Shown piece by piece: positions 45,790-52,530 of a stretch of 52,530 nucleotides of DNA. Below the pieces are notes generated by a model. The model made no database searches. It was not told the origin of the DNA and was given only the letters and a program-made list of their open reading frames with translations. Numbering within the stretch: position 1 is the first letter of the stretch; every line of letters begins with the position of its first letter. Source of the stretch: an uncultured Polyangiaceae bacterium (GTDB taxonomy: Bacteria > Myxococcota_A > Polyangia > Polyangiales > Polyangiaceae); assembly GCA_964492175.1 (NCBI GenBank), contig CAZBJI010000014.1, positions 301 to 52,830 of the forward strand. The letters run 5' to 3'. The position numbers were made by a program, and so were the translations under genes.

Positions 45790-46400
45790 TGCGCGCGGCG
45801 TGGGCGATCGCGGTTGTCTTGCTCGGCGTGCCGGTGGCGCTCCTCGCGTGCAATGGCGTCCTCGGCTTCGAGGAGCGGACGCTCGATCCGTGCGTGCAGT
45901 ACTGCGACACGATCCAGACGAGCTGCGTGCAGGCGCGGCAGCAGTACCAGGACGAGGAGTCATGTCTCGCCACGTGTCGTCTGTTGCCACCCGGGACCGA
46001 GGAGAGGAAGCAGGGCAACACCGTCCTCTGCCGGCTGGACGTCGCCTCGCAGGTGGAGGGCGGCGACGATCCGGCGCTCCTGTGTCCGGCCGCCGGCCCG
46101 AGCGGGTTCGACGCGCTGGGCACGCAGGTCTGCGGGGACCGGTGCACCACCTACTGCGACCTGATCGTAGAGGTGTGCTCGGGGCGCTCCGCGGTCGCGG
46201 ACCTCGATCTGGAGTCCTGCTTGTCGCTCTGCAGCATGGTCCCGGACAACCCCGCCTTCGATCCGTCGGTGGGCGACATCAAGGACCACGACGACTCGAT
46301 CCAGTGCAGGATGTGGCACCTGGCGGTTGCGACGACCGCCGCCGACCCTCACTGCGCGCACGCCGACGGCACCTCGAAGTGCGACGGCGTCTTCCCGTGA
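45789..46400 (+). CDS. Cys-rich lipoprotein
   Basis: This is the real C-terminal 203 aa of track ORF 44922..46400, starting MRAAWAIAVVLLGVPVALLAC (lipobox). It has 16 Cys in repeating C-x-x-C/C-x3-C patterns. Confidence 0.6.
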   Translation: MRAAWAIAVVLLGVPVALLACNGVLGFEERTLDPCVQYCDTIQTSCVQARQQYQDEESCLATCRLLPPGTEERKQGNTVLCRLDVASQVEGGDDPALLCPAAGPSGFDALGTQVCGDRCTTYCDLIVEVCSGRSAVADLDLESCLSLCSMVPDNPAFDPSVGDIKDHDDSIQCRMWHLAVATTAADPHCAHADGTSKCDGVFP

Positions 46401-46431
46401 GGGCCGCGCCCACCTCCCGCCGTGAGGCTGC

Positions 46432-46884
46432 GTGAGCTCGCCCGGCCGTCTGCTCGAGAGCGACGCGGACATCGCGGGGCTGCTCCGCCGGACGAAGACC
46501 GTCGCGGTGCTGGGGATCAAGACCGACGCGCAGGCGACGCAGCCGGCGTTCTACGTGCCGGCGTTCGCCCAGCGCGCGGGCATGACCGTCTTCCCCGTGC
46601 CCGTCTACTACCCCGAGGCCACCGAGATCCTGGGCCAGCCCGTCCACCGCTCGGTGGCCGCTTTGAAAGAGCGTGTGGACCTCGTGAACGTGTTCCGGCG
46701 CCCCGTCGATCTCCTGCCGCACCTCGAGGACCTCCTGCAGGCGCGGCCAAAGGCCGTCTGGCTGCAGCTCGGGATCCGCCACGCCACGTTCGCGGAGCGC
46801 CTGTGCGTCGCCGGGATCGACGTCGTCCAGGACCGGTGCTTGCTCGTCGAAATGCGACGGCTGGGGGGCCCGGCTCCGGCCTGA
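46432..46884 (+). CDS. CoA-binding domain protein (YccU/CoA_binding_2 family)
   Basis: 150 aa. The conserved KTVAVLGIKTD ... VDLVNVFRRP ... VWLQLG motifs are present. Confidence 0.7.
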   Translation: MSSPGRLLESDADIAGLLRRTKTVAVLGIKTDAQATQPAFYVPAFAQRAGMTVFPVPVYYPEATEILGQPVHRSVAALKERVDLVNVFRRPVDLLPHLEDLLQARPKAVWLQLGIRHATFAERLCVAGIDVVQDRCLLVEMRRLGGPAPA

Positions 46885-46947
46885 GCGCCGACCGGGAGCC
46901 GCGGTCGGAGTTGAAGCCAGCGCTCGGCGGATCCATACGGAGGCGTC

Positions 46948-48306
46948 GTGGATACGGCGAACGAGACCGTTCGGGTCAACCCGACGGACTCCCGCGCCGA
47001 AGCGCGAGAGTTCGGCGGCGCCCCTGGCGCGCTCGCGATCATGATCGGATCGCACGCGCTGATCTACTACCTGTGGGTCGCGCAGACCCACTACGGCGGG
47101 GCGCTGATCGGCCCGACGGCCGTCAGCGACGTAGCGCCGTTCCTGCGGACCTTGGCCCGCCACGTCGCCGAGGGCGCCGCGCCCACGTGGACGGCGGCGG
47201 GCCTCTACTTCGGCTTCCTCGGCGTCCAGCTGCTCTTCGCGTTCGTCCTCCCCGGCGTGAGGGTCAAGGGCTTGCCGGTGCCTACCGAGGGCGGCGTCCA
47301 GCACGAGTATCTCTGCAACGGCGCGTGGTCCTGGTACGCGACGCTGGGCCTCGGCGCCGTGTTGCACACGACGGGCGCGCTGCCGCTGCAGACCTTCGCC
47401 CAGCACCTCGGGCCCATCGTCACCGTGGCGGTCGTGTTCACGAACGCGGTCGCGGTGGCGGCGTACGCGATCACGGTGCGGCGCGGCAAGACGACGCGGA
47501 TGACGGGCAACGTCGTCTACGACTTCTTCATGGGCGCGGTGCTCAACCCACGCGTCGGTCGGGTGGATCTCAAGTTCTTCACCGAGATCCGCGCCTCCTG
47601 GATGCTCTTGTTCCTCTTCACGGCGTCCGCCGCCGCCGAGCAGCACGCGCAGACCGGGCGGCTCTCGGGGTCGATGATCTTCCTCCTCGTCGCGCACGGC
47701 CTCTACACGAACGCCGTGATGAAGGGCGAGGAGTGCGTCCCCACCACCTGGGACGTGTTCCACGAGAAGTGGGGCTGGATGCTGGCGTTCTGGAACATGG
47801 TGGGCGTGCCCATCGTCTACAGCTTCAACGCGTTCTACCTGCTCCGGCGGCCGGAGGTGGATCTGCCCGTCGCGGCGCTGGTGGCGCTCTACGTCGCGCT
47901 GTTCGCCGCGTACTACGTCTGGGACACGTCGCAGAGCCAGCGCAACCGCTTCCGCATGATGCGCCGCGGGACCTACGTCCCGCGCAAGACGTTCCCACAG
48001 CTGCCGTGGGGCACCTTGCGAGAGCCGAAGGCGATGCAGACGCGCGCCGGCAGCGAGCTCCTCGTCGACGGCTGGTGGCGCTACGCGCGCAAGCCTCACT
48101 ACACGGCCGACATCGTGATGGCGCTCACGTGGGGGCTCTGCTGCGGTCTGTCGGGCGTGCTCCCCTACCTCTACCCGGCGTTCTTCCTGGTGATGATCCT
48201 CCACCGCGCCGCGCGAGACGAGGCGCGCTGCCGGAGGAAGTACGGAGAAGACTGGGACCGGTACCGCGAGGCGGTCCCTCACCGCTTCATCCCCTACGTC
48301 TATTGA
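46948..48306 (+). CDS. sterol reductase, ERG4/ERG24 family (7-dehydrocholesterol reductase / delta14- or delta24-sterol reductase-like)
   Basis: 452 aa polytopic membrane protein. The C-terminus has the family signature LLVDGWWRYARKPHYTADIVMALTWGL...GVLPYLYPAFFLVMILHRAARDEARCRRKYGEDWDRYREAVPHRFIPYVY, which contains the sterol reductase family motifs. Confidence 0.85.
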   Translation: MDTANETVRVNPTDSRAEAREFGGAPGALAIMIGSHALIYYLWVAQTHYGGALIGPTAVSDVAPFLRTLARHVAEGAAPTWTAAGLYFGFLGVQLLFAFVLPGVRVKGLPVPTEGGVQHEYLCNGAWSWYATLGLGAVLHTTGALPLQTFAQHLGPIVTVAVVFTNAVAVAAYAITVRRGKTTRMTGNVVYDFFMGAVLNPRVGRVDLKFFTEIRASWMLLFLFTASAAAEQHAQTGRLSGSMIFLLVAHGLYTNAVMKGEECVPTTWDVFHEKWGWMLAFWNMVGVPIVYSFNAFYLLRRPEVDLPVAALVALYVALFAAYYVWDTSQSQRNRFRMMRRGTYVPRKTFPQLPWGTLREPKAMQTRAGSELLVDGWWRYARKPHYTADIVMALTWGLCCGLSGVLPYLYPAFFLVMILHRAARDEARCRRKYGEDWDRYREAVPHRFIPYVY

Positions 48307-48400
48307 GGAGGACCGCCTGCGGCTCGCGGGGCGCTCCTCGCCGCGGAGCGGTCGCGGGTGCGCCCTGGCCCTGGGCGGCACGCCCCTGTAACCTCCCGGC

Positions 48401-49096
48401 GTGCGTATCGGGAGAGCCGCCGTCTTCGCGCTGTGGATCGCGCCTCAGGCGGCGTGTCGGGTGTCCGCGCCGGTGGCCGAGCCGGTGCCCGTGGACGTCA
48501 CGCCCGGGAGTCTGGTCGCGGCGTCGGACGCCGCCGATCGCTCCGACTGCGACGCGGTCTGTCTGCAGCGGCTGGTCGGCCGCTACGACTCCACCTGGGG
48601 GGCCGCGACGTTCGAGGTCGAAGGGAGCGATCTGCTGGTCCGCTACGGGCGCGGGAGCATGCGCTGTCGGGTGGGGGCGCGGTCGCTCGACTGCGCCTGG
48701 CAGGAAGGTGCGGCGACGGGCCGCGCCCGCTTCGTTCGTGCGTCCGACGACCGCCTCGAGGGCTCTTGGGGCAACGGAGCGAGCGCCGACGACGGGGGCG
48801 CCTGGATCTTCACGCGGGGCGGGTCCCGCCCAGCGCCCGACGGCTTCGGCGGTGTCTACGACACGAACTACGGTCCCGTCAGGCTCGTCCAGCAGGGAGA
48901 CGAGGTTCGTGGCGCCTACGACCGAGGGAGCCTCGCGTGCCGAGCGGCCGGGGCGACGCTCGCGTGCGCGTGGGCCGAAGGGGACGCGGTCGGGCGCGCC
49001 CGCCTCACCCGAACGCCGGACGGGTCCCTGGAGGGCACCTGGGGCCACGGGGAGAGCGCCGACGACGGCGGCGCGTGGACCTTCGTCCGGCGGTGA
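48401..49096 (+). CDS. secreted protein with two internal ~80-aa repeats
   Basis: Signal peptide MRIGRAAVFALWIAPQAAC. The motif Y..G...L.Q.GDEV.G.Y..GS..C......L.C.W.EG...GRA......D.LEG.WG.G.SADDGGAW.F.R occurs twice. Confidence 0.5.
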   Translation: MRIGRAAVFALWIAPQAACRVSAPVAEPVPVDVTPGSLVAASDAADRSDCDAVCLQRLVGRYDSTWGAATFEVEGSDLLVRYGRGSMRCRVGARSLDCAWQEGAATGRARFVRASDDRLEGSWGNGASADDGGAWIFTRGGSRPAPDGFGGVYDTNYGPVRLVQQGDEVRGAYDRGSLACRAAGATLACAWAEGDAVGRARLTRTPDGSLEGTWGHGESADDGGAWTFVRR

Positions 49097-49108
49097 TCGC
49101 GCGCGGGC

Positions 49109-50443
49109 TCAGGGCTTCGCGCGCCTCCGAGAGCTCGCGCCGAGGTCCCACCCGCTCCCGCGCGCGCGCGCGAGGTGCCAGGTGGGCATGATCGCGCCGC
49201 TGAGGCGGAGCTCGCCCAGCACGCCTACGCGGAGGCTTCGCGCCACCTCCCGCGCGCTCGCCCCCGCAGGCGGCTTGGCCGCGACATCGGGCGCCCGGCT
49301 CGGGTCGTCGAGCGTCGCGAGGGAGATCGCCTCTCCTGCGACCCCGGGCGCGACGGGACGCAGCGCGTGGCACGAGAGCATCGGCTCCCCGCGGCGGCGC
49401 TTGGCGAGGATCTCCGAGGCCGAAGCGCGGCGAACACGCACCTCGTGGCCCGGCCTCGAGAGCACGTCAGAGAGGGCCTTCGCGACCTCCACCAGGTGCG
49501 CCGAGGCCGCGTCCGCGTAGACGTCGATCGGCGTGTCGTCCCACGCGACGGAGTCGGAGCCCTCCGGCAAGGCGCCCAGGTTGAGGTGCCCGAGGCGCGC
49601 CTTCGGCAACAGATCGAGCAGACGCTGGAGCGCGCCAGCCTTCGCGATGGTGCCGGACTCTCTCGTCGCGGCGACCACCAGGAGCCCGACGGCGCCCAGG
49701 TCGAATTTGACCGACCCGCTCCGGCTCCCGAAGAGCCCCGATCCGAGCCAGCCCAGATCGTGGCGGCCAGCCTCGAAGTCGCGGAGGCTCTGCTTCAGGT
49801 CCGCGGCCTGCTCGACCACGATCTCGTCGAGGAAGGAGGCGCCGGTCGACGCGTGGGCGTTCCTCCTGAGCGTCAACGTCCCGCTCGACCGCGTCGCCGC
49901 GAAGGGGCCGGTGCCGTCCGGGCGGGCCGGATCGAACCCGCGCGGCGTGATGGCCGCGACGGGTGACGAGAGCGCGCGGGCCGACGAGAGCGCCGCGCCG
50001 CGCATGACCACCGTGAGCGGCTCCTTGGGATGCCCGCTCACCTCTCCGAGCGCGTGGAGCGCGGCGGCGCCCCCTAGCGCCCGCGCGCGCTGGATGCTCG
50101 CGATGACGTCGCGCGCGTCCAGCCCCTTGCCCGCGGCGCTCCGCAGACCCGGGCGGAGGCGGACCGCTGTTCCGTAGGGCTCCTGCGTGGGCATCGACTC
50201 TGCGAGGGCGGGGCGGAGGCCCAGCTTGGGATCCGGGACGAACAACGTGTCGAAGAGCGCGCCGCCGAAGAGCGCGCCGCCCGCGTCGGTGAGATCGTGT
50301 GGATCGACGGATCCGAGGCTCCAGGGCACCGCGAACGAGAGGCGCCCCCCGAGCGGCGTCCTGCCGAGGCCGCGCGCCGAGCCCGGCCAGAGCGCGGCGG
50401 CGCCCGCGGCGAGCAGCAGCGCGCGGCGCGAGAGGCCGCTCAT
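49109..50443 (-). CDS. extracellular solute-binding protein (family 5 / peptide-nickel type) with a TAT-like signal. The family assignment is tentative.
   Basis: This is the real ~444 aa C-terminal part of track ORF 49109..50587. It starts MSGLSRRALLLAAGAAALWPGSA (RR motif). Its ATG (50443..50441) overlaps the upstream gene's TGA as ATGA. Confidence 0.5.
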   Translation of the reverse strand: MSGLSRRALLLAAGAAALWPGSARGLGRTPLGGRLSFAVPWSLGSVDPHDLTDAGGALFGGALFDTLFVPDPKLGLRPALAESMPTQEPYGTAVRLRPGLRSAAGKGLDARDVIASIQRARALGGAAALHALGEVSGHPKEPLTVVMRGAALSSARALSSPVAAITPRGFDPARPDGTGPFAATRSSGTLTLRRNAHASTGASFLDEIVVEQAADLKQSLRDFEAGRHDLGWLGSGLFGSRSGSVKFDLGAVGLLVVAATRESGTIAKAGALQRLLDLLPKARLGHLNLGALPEGSDSVAWDDTPIDVYADAASAHLVEVAKALSDVLSRPGHEVRVRRASASEILAKRRRGEPMLSCHALRPVAPGVAGEAISLATLDDPSRAPDVAAKPPAGASAREVARSLRVGVLGELRLSGAIMPTWHLARARGSGWDLGASSRRRAKP

Positions 50444-51876
50444 CGCGCGACGACGATCTCCGCTGGCGTCGCGAAAACGAACGGCGCTCGACCGGGCCCG
50501 TCCGGCGGGCAGACGCCGAGGGCCTGAACGCCCGCGGCCACCGGGACGCGGAGCTTTTCCACAGGAGCCTTCCGGCTGCGATCCCAAGAGTAAACGACGA
50601 TCGCGTCCGGGGTCCCCCGCTCCACGTCGAGCGTGGTCAGCAGCTCGGGGGTGCCGTCCTGGTTCAGGTCGCCGAGCGCGAGCTGCGCTCCGCCGGAGGG
50701 GAGCTTGGCCGTCGCGCCCGAGTCATCGAAGATCTCGATCCCGCCGTCCTCACGCCCGGCCCACACCTCGAAGGGCCTGCCGTCGGCGGTCACGAGCTGG
50801 GCGCCCGCCACGGCGTCGTAGCGCCCACCCACGGACGCGCGTCGGGGCGGGAGCGTCGCGGCCGAGCACGCCTCGAGGGGGCCGGTCACGGTCGGCGCCT
50901 CGAAGCGCGCGCACGAGAACGAGCCGCCGTCCGGCACCGCGAACCCGACGTGCGACGCGACGAGATCGAGGCTGGGCCCGAGGCGCGCGCTCTTCCATCG
51001 GTCGGTGATCGACACCACGACCTCCCGGGTCGCGCCCGTGTCGTCCAGCGACGGTGAGCTCACGAGCGCCGCCGCGACGGGCTCCCGCAGCGGTGTCGGA
51101 TCCATCGGAGAGAGGTCGCTCCAGGGGCGCGCGACCACCGGCGCGGCCTTGCCTTCGCGGAGGCGGACGAGCGTCACGCGGTCCGGGCTCACGCTCACGA
51201 TCTCGTGGGCGCCGTCGCGATCCAGGTCTCCGCACGCGAGGGCCAGGACCTGCGACTCGAAGGCCCGCCCGACCGACATCGACACCGGGGACACGAGCGG
51301 CACGGGCTCGAGATGGCTCCTGACCTCCGCGTCGAGCGGGGCCTCCGCGAACGCGTGGGCGACGGGGCCCGGCGCCGGGTTCCGCACGCGAGCCCAGACC
51401 GTCGGCGGGACGGGGTGAACGTCGGCCGTGGCGAGGAGGCGCCCGCGCTCGACGCGCACGCGGAGAAACACGACCGCGGTCGACCTCCGGGCGCGCACGA
51501 CGGCCCCCTCGAGCGGCTCGGTCCTCGTCGGGCTCGACCAGCCCCTCCGTCCGGACAGCTGCGCTGCGACGAGGAGCGCGAGGGCCTCGCCGCGAGGGGC
51601 CTTGACGTCGGCGTCGAGGGGCGCGACCGCGACGACCACCGATCCCTCGAGCTTCGGCAGCGCCTCCGCGAGCGCCTCCGCCACCGTCGCGACGGCAGGC
51701 TTGCTGCGTGCGGGAACGGGCTGCGCAGCGGAGGCCTCCGGCTTCACGCTCGGCTTGGTCTCGGGCGTCTTCGGGCCTGCCGGGGGCGCGGGCTTCGGGA
51801 GAGCGGGCTGGGCGCCTCCGACGGAGGCACCGAGCGCGCAGGCGGTGACGAGCGCGAGGGTGGCGACGACTCTCAC
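50440..51876 (-). CDS. hypothetical secreted lipoprotein
   Basis: This is the real ~478 aa of track ORF 50440..52047. A GTG start at 51876 gives MRVVATLALVTACALG (lipobox VTAC). The upstream ATGs in the track ORF would lie in the divergent promoter region. Confidence 0.45.
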   Translation of the reverse strand: MRVVATLALVTACALGASVGGAQPALPKPAPPAGPKTPETKPSVKPEASAAQPVPARSKPAVATVAEALAEALPKLEGSVVVAVAPLDADVKAPRGEALALLVAAQLSGRRGWSSPTRTEPLEGAVVRARRSTAVVFLRVRVERGRLLATADVHPVPPTVWARVRNPAPGPVAHAFAEAPLDAEVRSHLEPVPLVSPVSMSVGRAFESQVLALACGDLDRDGAHEIVSVSPDRVTLVRLREGKAAPVVARPWSDLSPMDPTPLREPVAAALVSSPSLDDTGATREVVVSITDRWKSARLGPSLDLVASHVGFAVPDGGSFSCARFEAPTVTGPLEACSAATLPPRRASVGGRYDAVAGAQLVTADGRPFEVWAGREDGGIEIFDDSGATAKLPSGGAQLALGDLNQDGTPELLTTLDVERGTPDAIVVYSWDRSRKAPVEKLRVPVAAGVQALGVCPPDGPGRAPFVFATPAEIVVAR

Positions 51877-51979
51877 AGGCTGAGGATACGCACTTTGCCT
51901 CGCGGGAGCGCGTCGAGAGACCACCGGCGACGCGACGCTCGACGGCGCGTGCCAGCCGGTCCACCCTCCCGGCCGCCCC

Positions 51980-52530
51980 ATGCACATCACGGACCCCGGC
52001 TTCTTCTCACGCGGCTGCATCGTCCTCCCGCCGAGCCCGCACGTCACCGTGGAGGCGCTCCTCCACGAGCTGCAGCAAGCGTGGGCACCGCGCGGCTGCG
52101 AGGTCTACAAGACCGCGCTCATCGGCGCCGATCTGGTCCTCAAGCGGAGCGCCTTCACCGGCATCGCGCTGAAGATCAACCACGCGCCGGCGCGGACCGA
52201 GATCCTGTTCAACCCTTTCTCCCCGTCGGTGTGGGCTCGCCTGATGGCGATGGGTCTCATCCCCATCTTGATCCTCAAGGCCGGACCGTGGAAGGCGCTC
52301 GCCGAAGAGTTCAAGTCGTACGTGCGACAGTGCCCGATGCTCCTCGGGCAGGGGGGCGGGGGGTACGGGCCGCAGCCCCAGCTCCTCGGAGGCCACGGCG
52401 GCATGCCCGCGCAGCTCGGACCGGCCCAGCCCCCGGCGGCCCCCCAGCAGCAGGGCTACCCCCAGCAGCAGGGCTACCCGCAGCAGCAGGGCTACCCGCA
52501 GCAGCAGGGCTACCCGCAGCAGCAGGGCTA
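51980..52530 (+). CDS. hypothetical protein with a C-terminal (QQQGYP)n tandem repeat, 3'-truncated by the window edge
   Basis: I translated from the ATG at 51980 (MHITDPGFFSRGCIVLPPSPHVTVEALLHELQQAWAPRGCEVYKTALIGADL...). The frame is open to the window end with GC3 bias. From about 52436 there are five or more 18-nt tandem repeats of cagcagcagggctacccg. It is not in the ORF track because there is no stop. Confidence 0.55.
   Translation, partial: MHITDPGFFSRGCIVLPPSPHVTVEALLHELQQAWAPRGCEVYKTALIGADLVLKRSAFTGIALKINHAPARTEILFNPFSPSVWARLMAMGLIPILILKAGPWKALAEEFKSYVRQCPMLLGQGGGGYGPQPQLLGGHGGMPAQLGPAQPPAAPQQQGYPQQQGYPQQQGYPQQQGYPQQQG
52436..52530 (+). repeat. 18-nt tandem repeat (CAGCAGCAGGGCTACCCS)n, at least 5 copies, continuing beyond the window
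   Basis: Five near-identical copies (QQGYPQ, in frame) are visible directly in the sequence. The first two carry ccc and the later ones ccg at the Pro codon. Confidence 0.8.

Noticed and set aside
1-52530. Search for CRISPR arrays, rRNA/tRNA genes, IS elements or integrases (for example flanking the vgrG island or the MVP gene)
   Set aside because: There are no direct-repeat/spacer arrays. No intergenic region is long enough or shaped for a tRNA. No transposase-, integrase- or recombinase-like ORF appears in any frame. The vgrG and MVP loci therefore show no evidence of recent mobility from this window alone.

Overview
This is a 52.5 kb window of very high-GC (~70%) bacterial chromosome whose gene content points to a myxobacterium (Sorangiineae/Nannocystineae-like). 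The clues are a MYXO-CTERM sorting tail, Thr-rich lipoprotein linkers, a eukaryotic-like Ser/Thr kinase, a sterol reductase and many lipoproteins. It is almost wall-to-wall coding. I support about 44 CDSs, two of them truncated at the window edges (a minus-strand gene at 1..949 and a plus-strand gene from 51980 that runs off the end). The six-frame track is full of long antisense 'shadow' ORFs typical of high-GC DNA, so I chose among them by codon-3 GC bias, signal peptides, catalytic motifs and start/stop coupling. I saw no rRNA, tRNA, CRISPR array, transposase or integrase. The main points: (1) A full-length bacterial homologue of the eukaryotic Major Vault Protein sits at 19528..22062, with a small unknown gene fused to its stop by a GTGA start/stop overlap. 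This is the most unusual locus. (2) An orphan type VI secretion spike-and-cargo island lies on the minus strand at 31923..23558. It runs VgrG, a DUF2169 pentapeptide-repeat adaptor, a second pentapeptide-repeat protein, a small hypothetical protein, a stand-alone DUF4150/PAAR-like tip protein, and a terminal uncharacterised membrane protein that I think is a novel cargo or effector. Four consecutive junctions are start/stop-coupled. (3) An ERG4/ERG24-family sterol reductase is at 46948..48306. (4) A three-gene secreted operon (di-CxxCH protein, lipoprotein, TAT-exported DUF1501/DUF1552-like protein) is preceded by two copies of the perfect palindrome TGTCACGTGAC(A) spaced 21 bp apart. Other content is housekeeping or accessory: a molybdopterin oxidoreductase, a POT peptide transporter, a GldG-like lipoprotein, an extensin-like protein, an S1 protease with MYXO-CTERM, a quinone oxidoreductase operon, a PlsC acyltransferase, an ArsC/Spx-family protein, a VWA lipoprotein, a 17-repeat beta-propeller-like lipoprotein, a crotonase/3HCDH-C protein, a BtpA-family protein, a membrane Ser/Thr kinase with a PEGA partner, a CoA-binding protein, a family-5 solute-binding protein, and a C-terminal (QQQGYP)n tandem-repeat protein at the window end.
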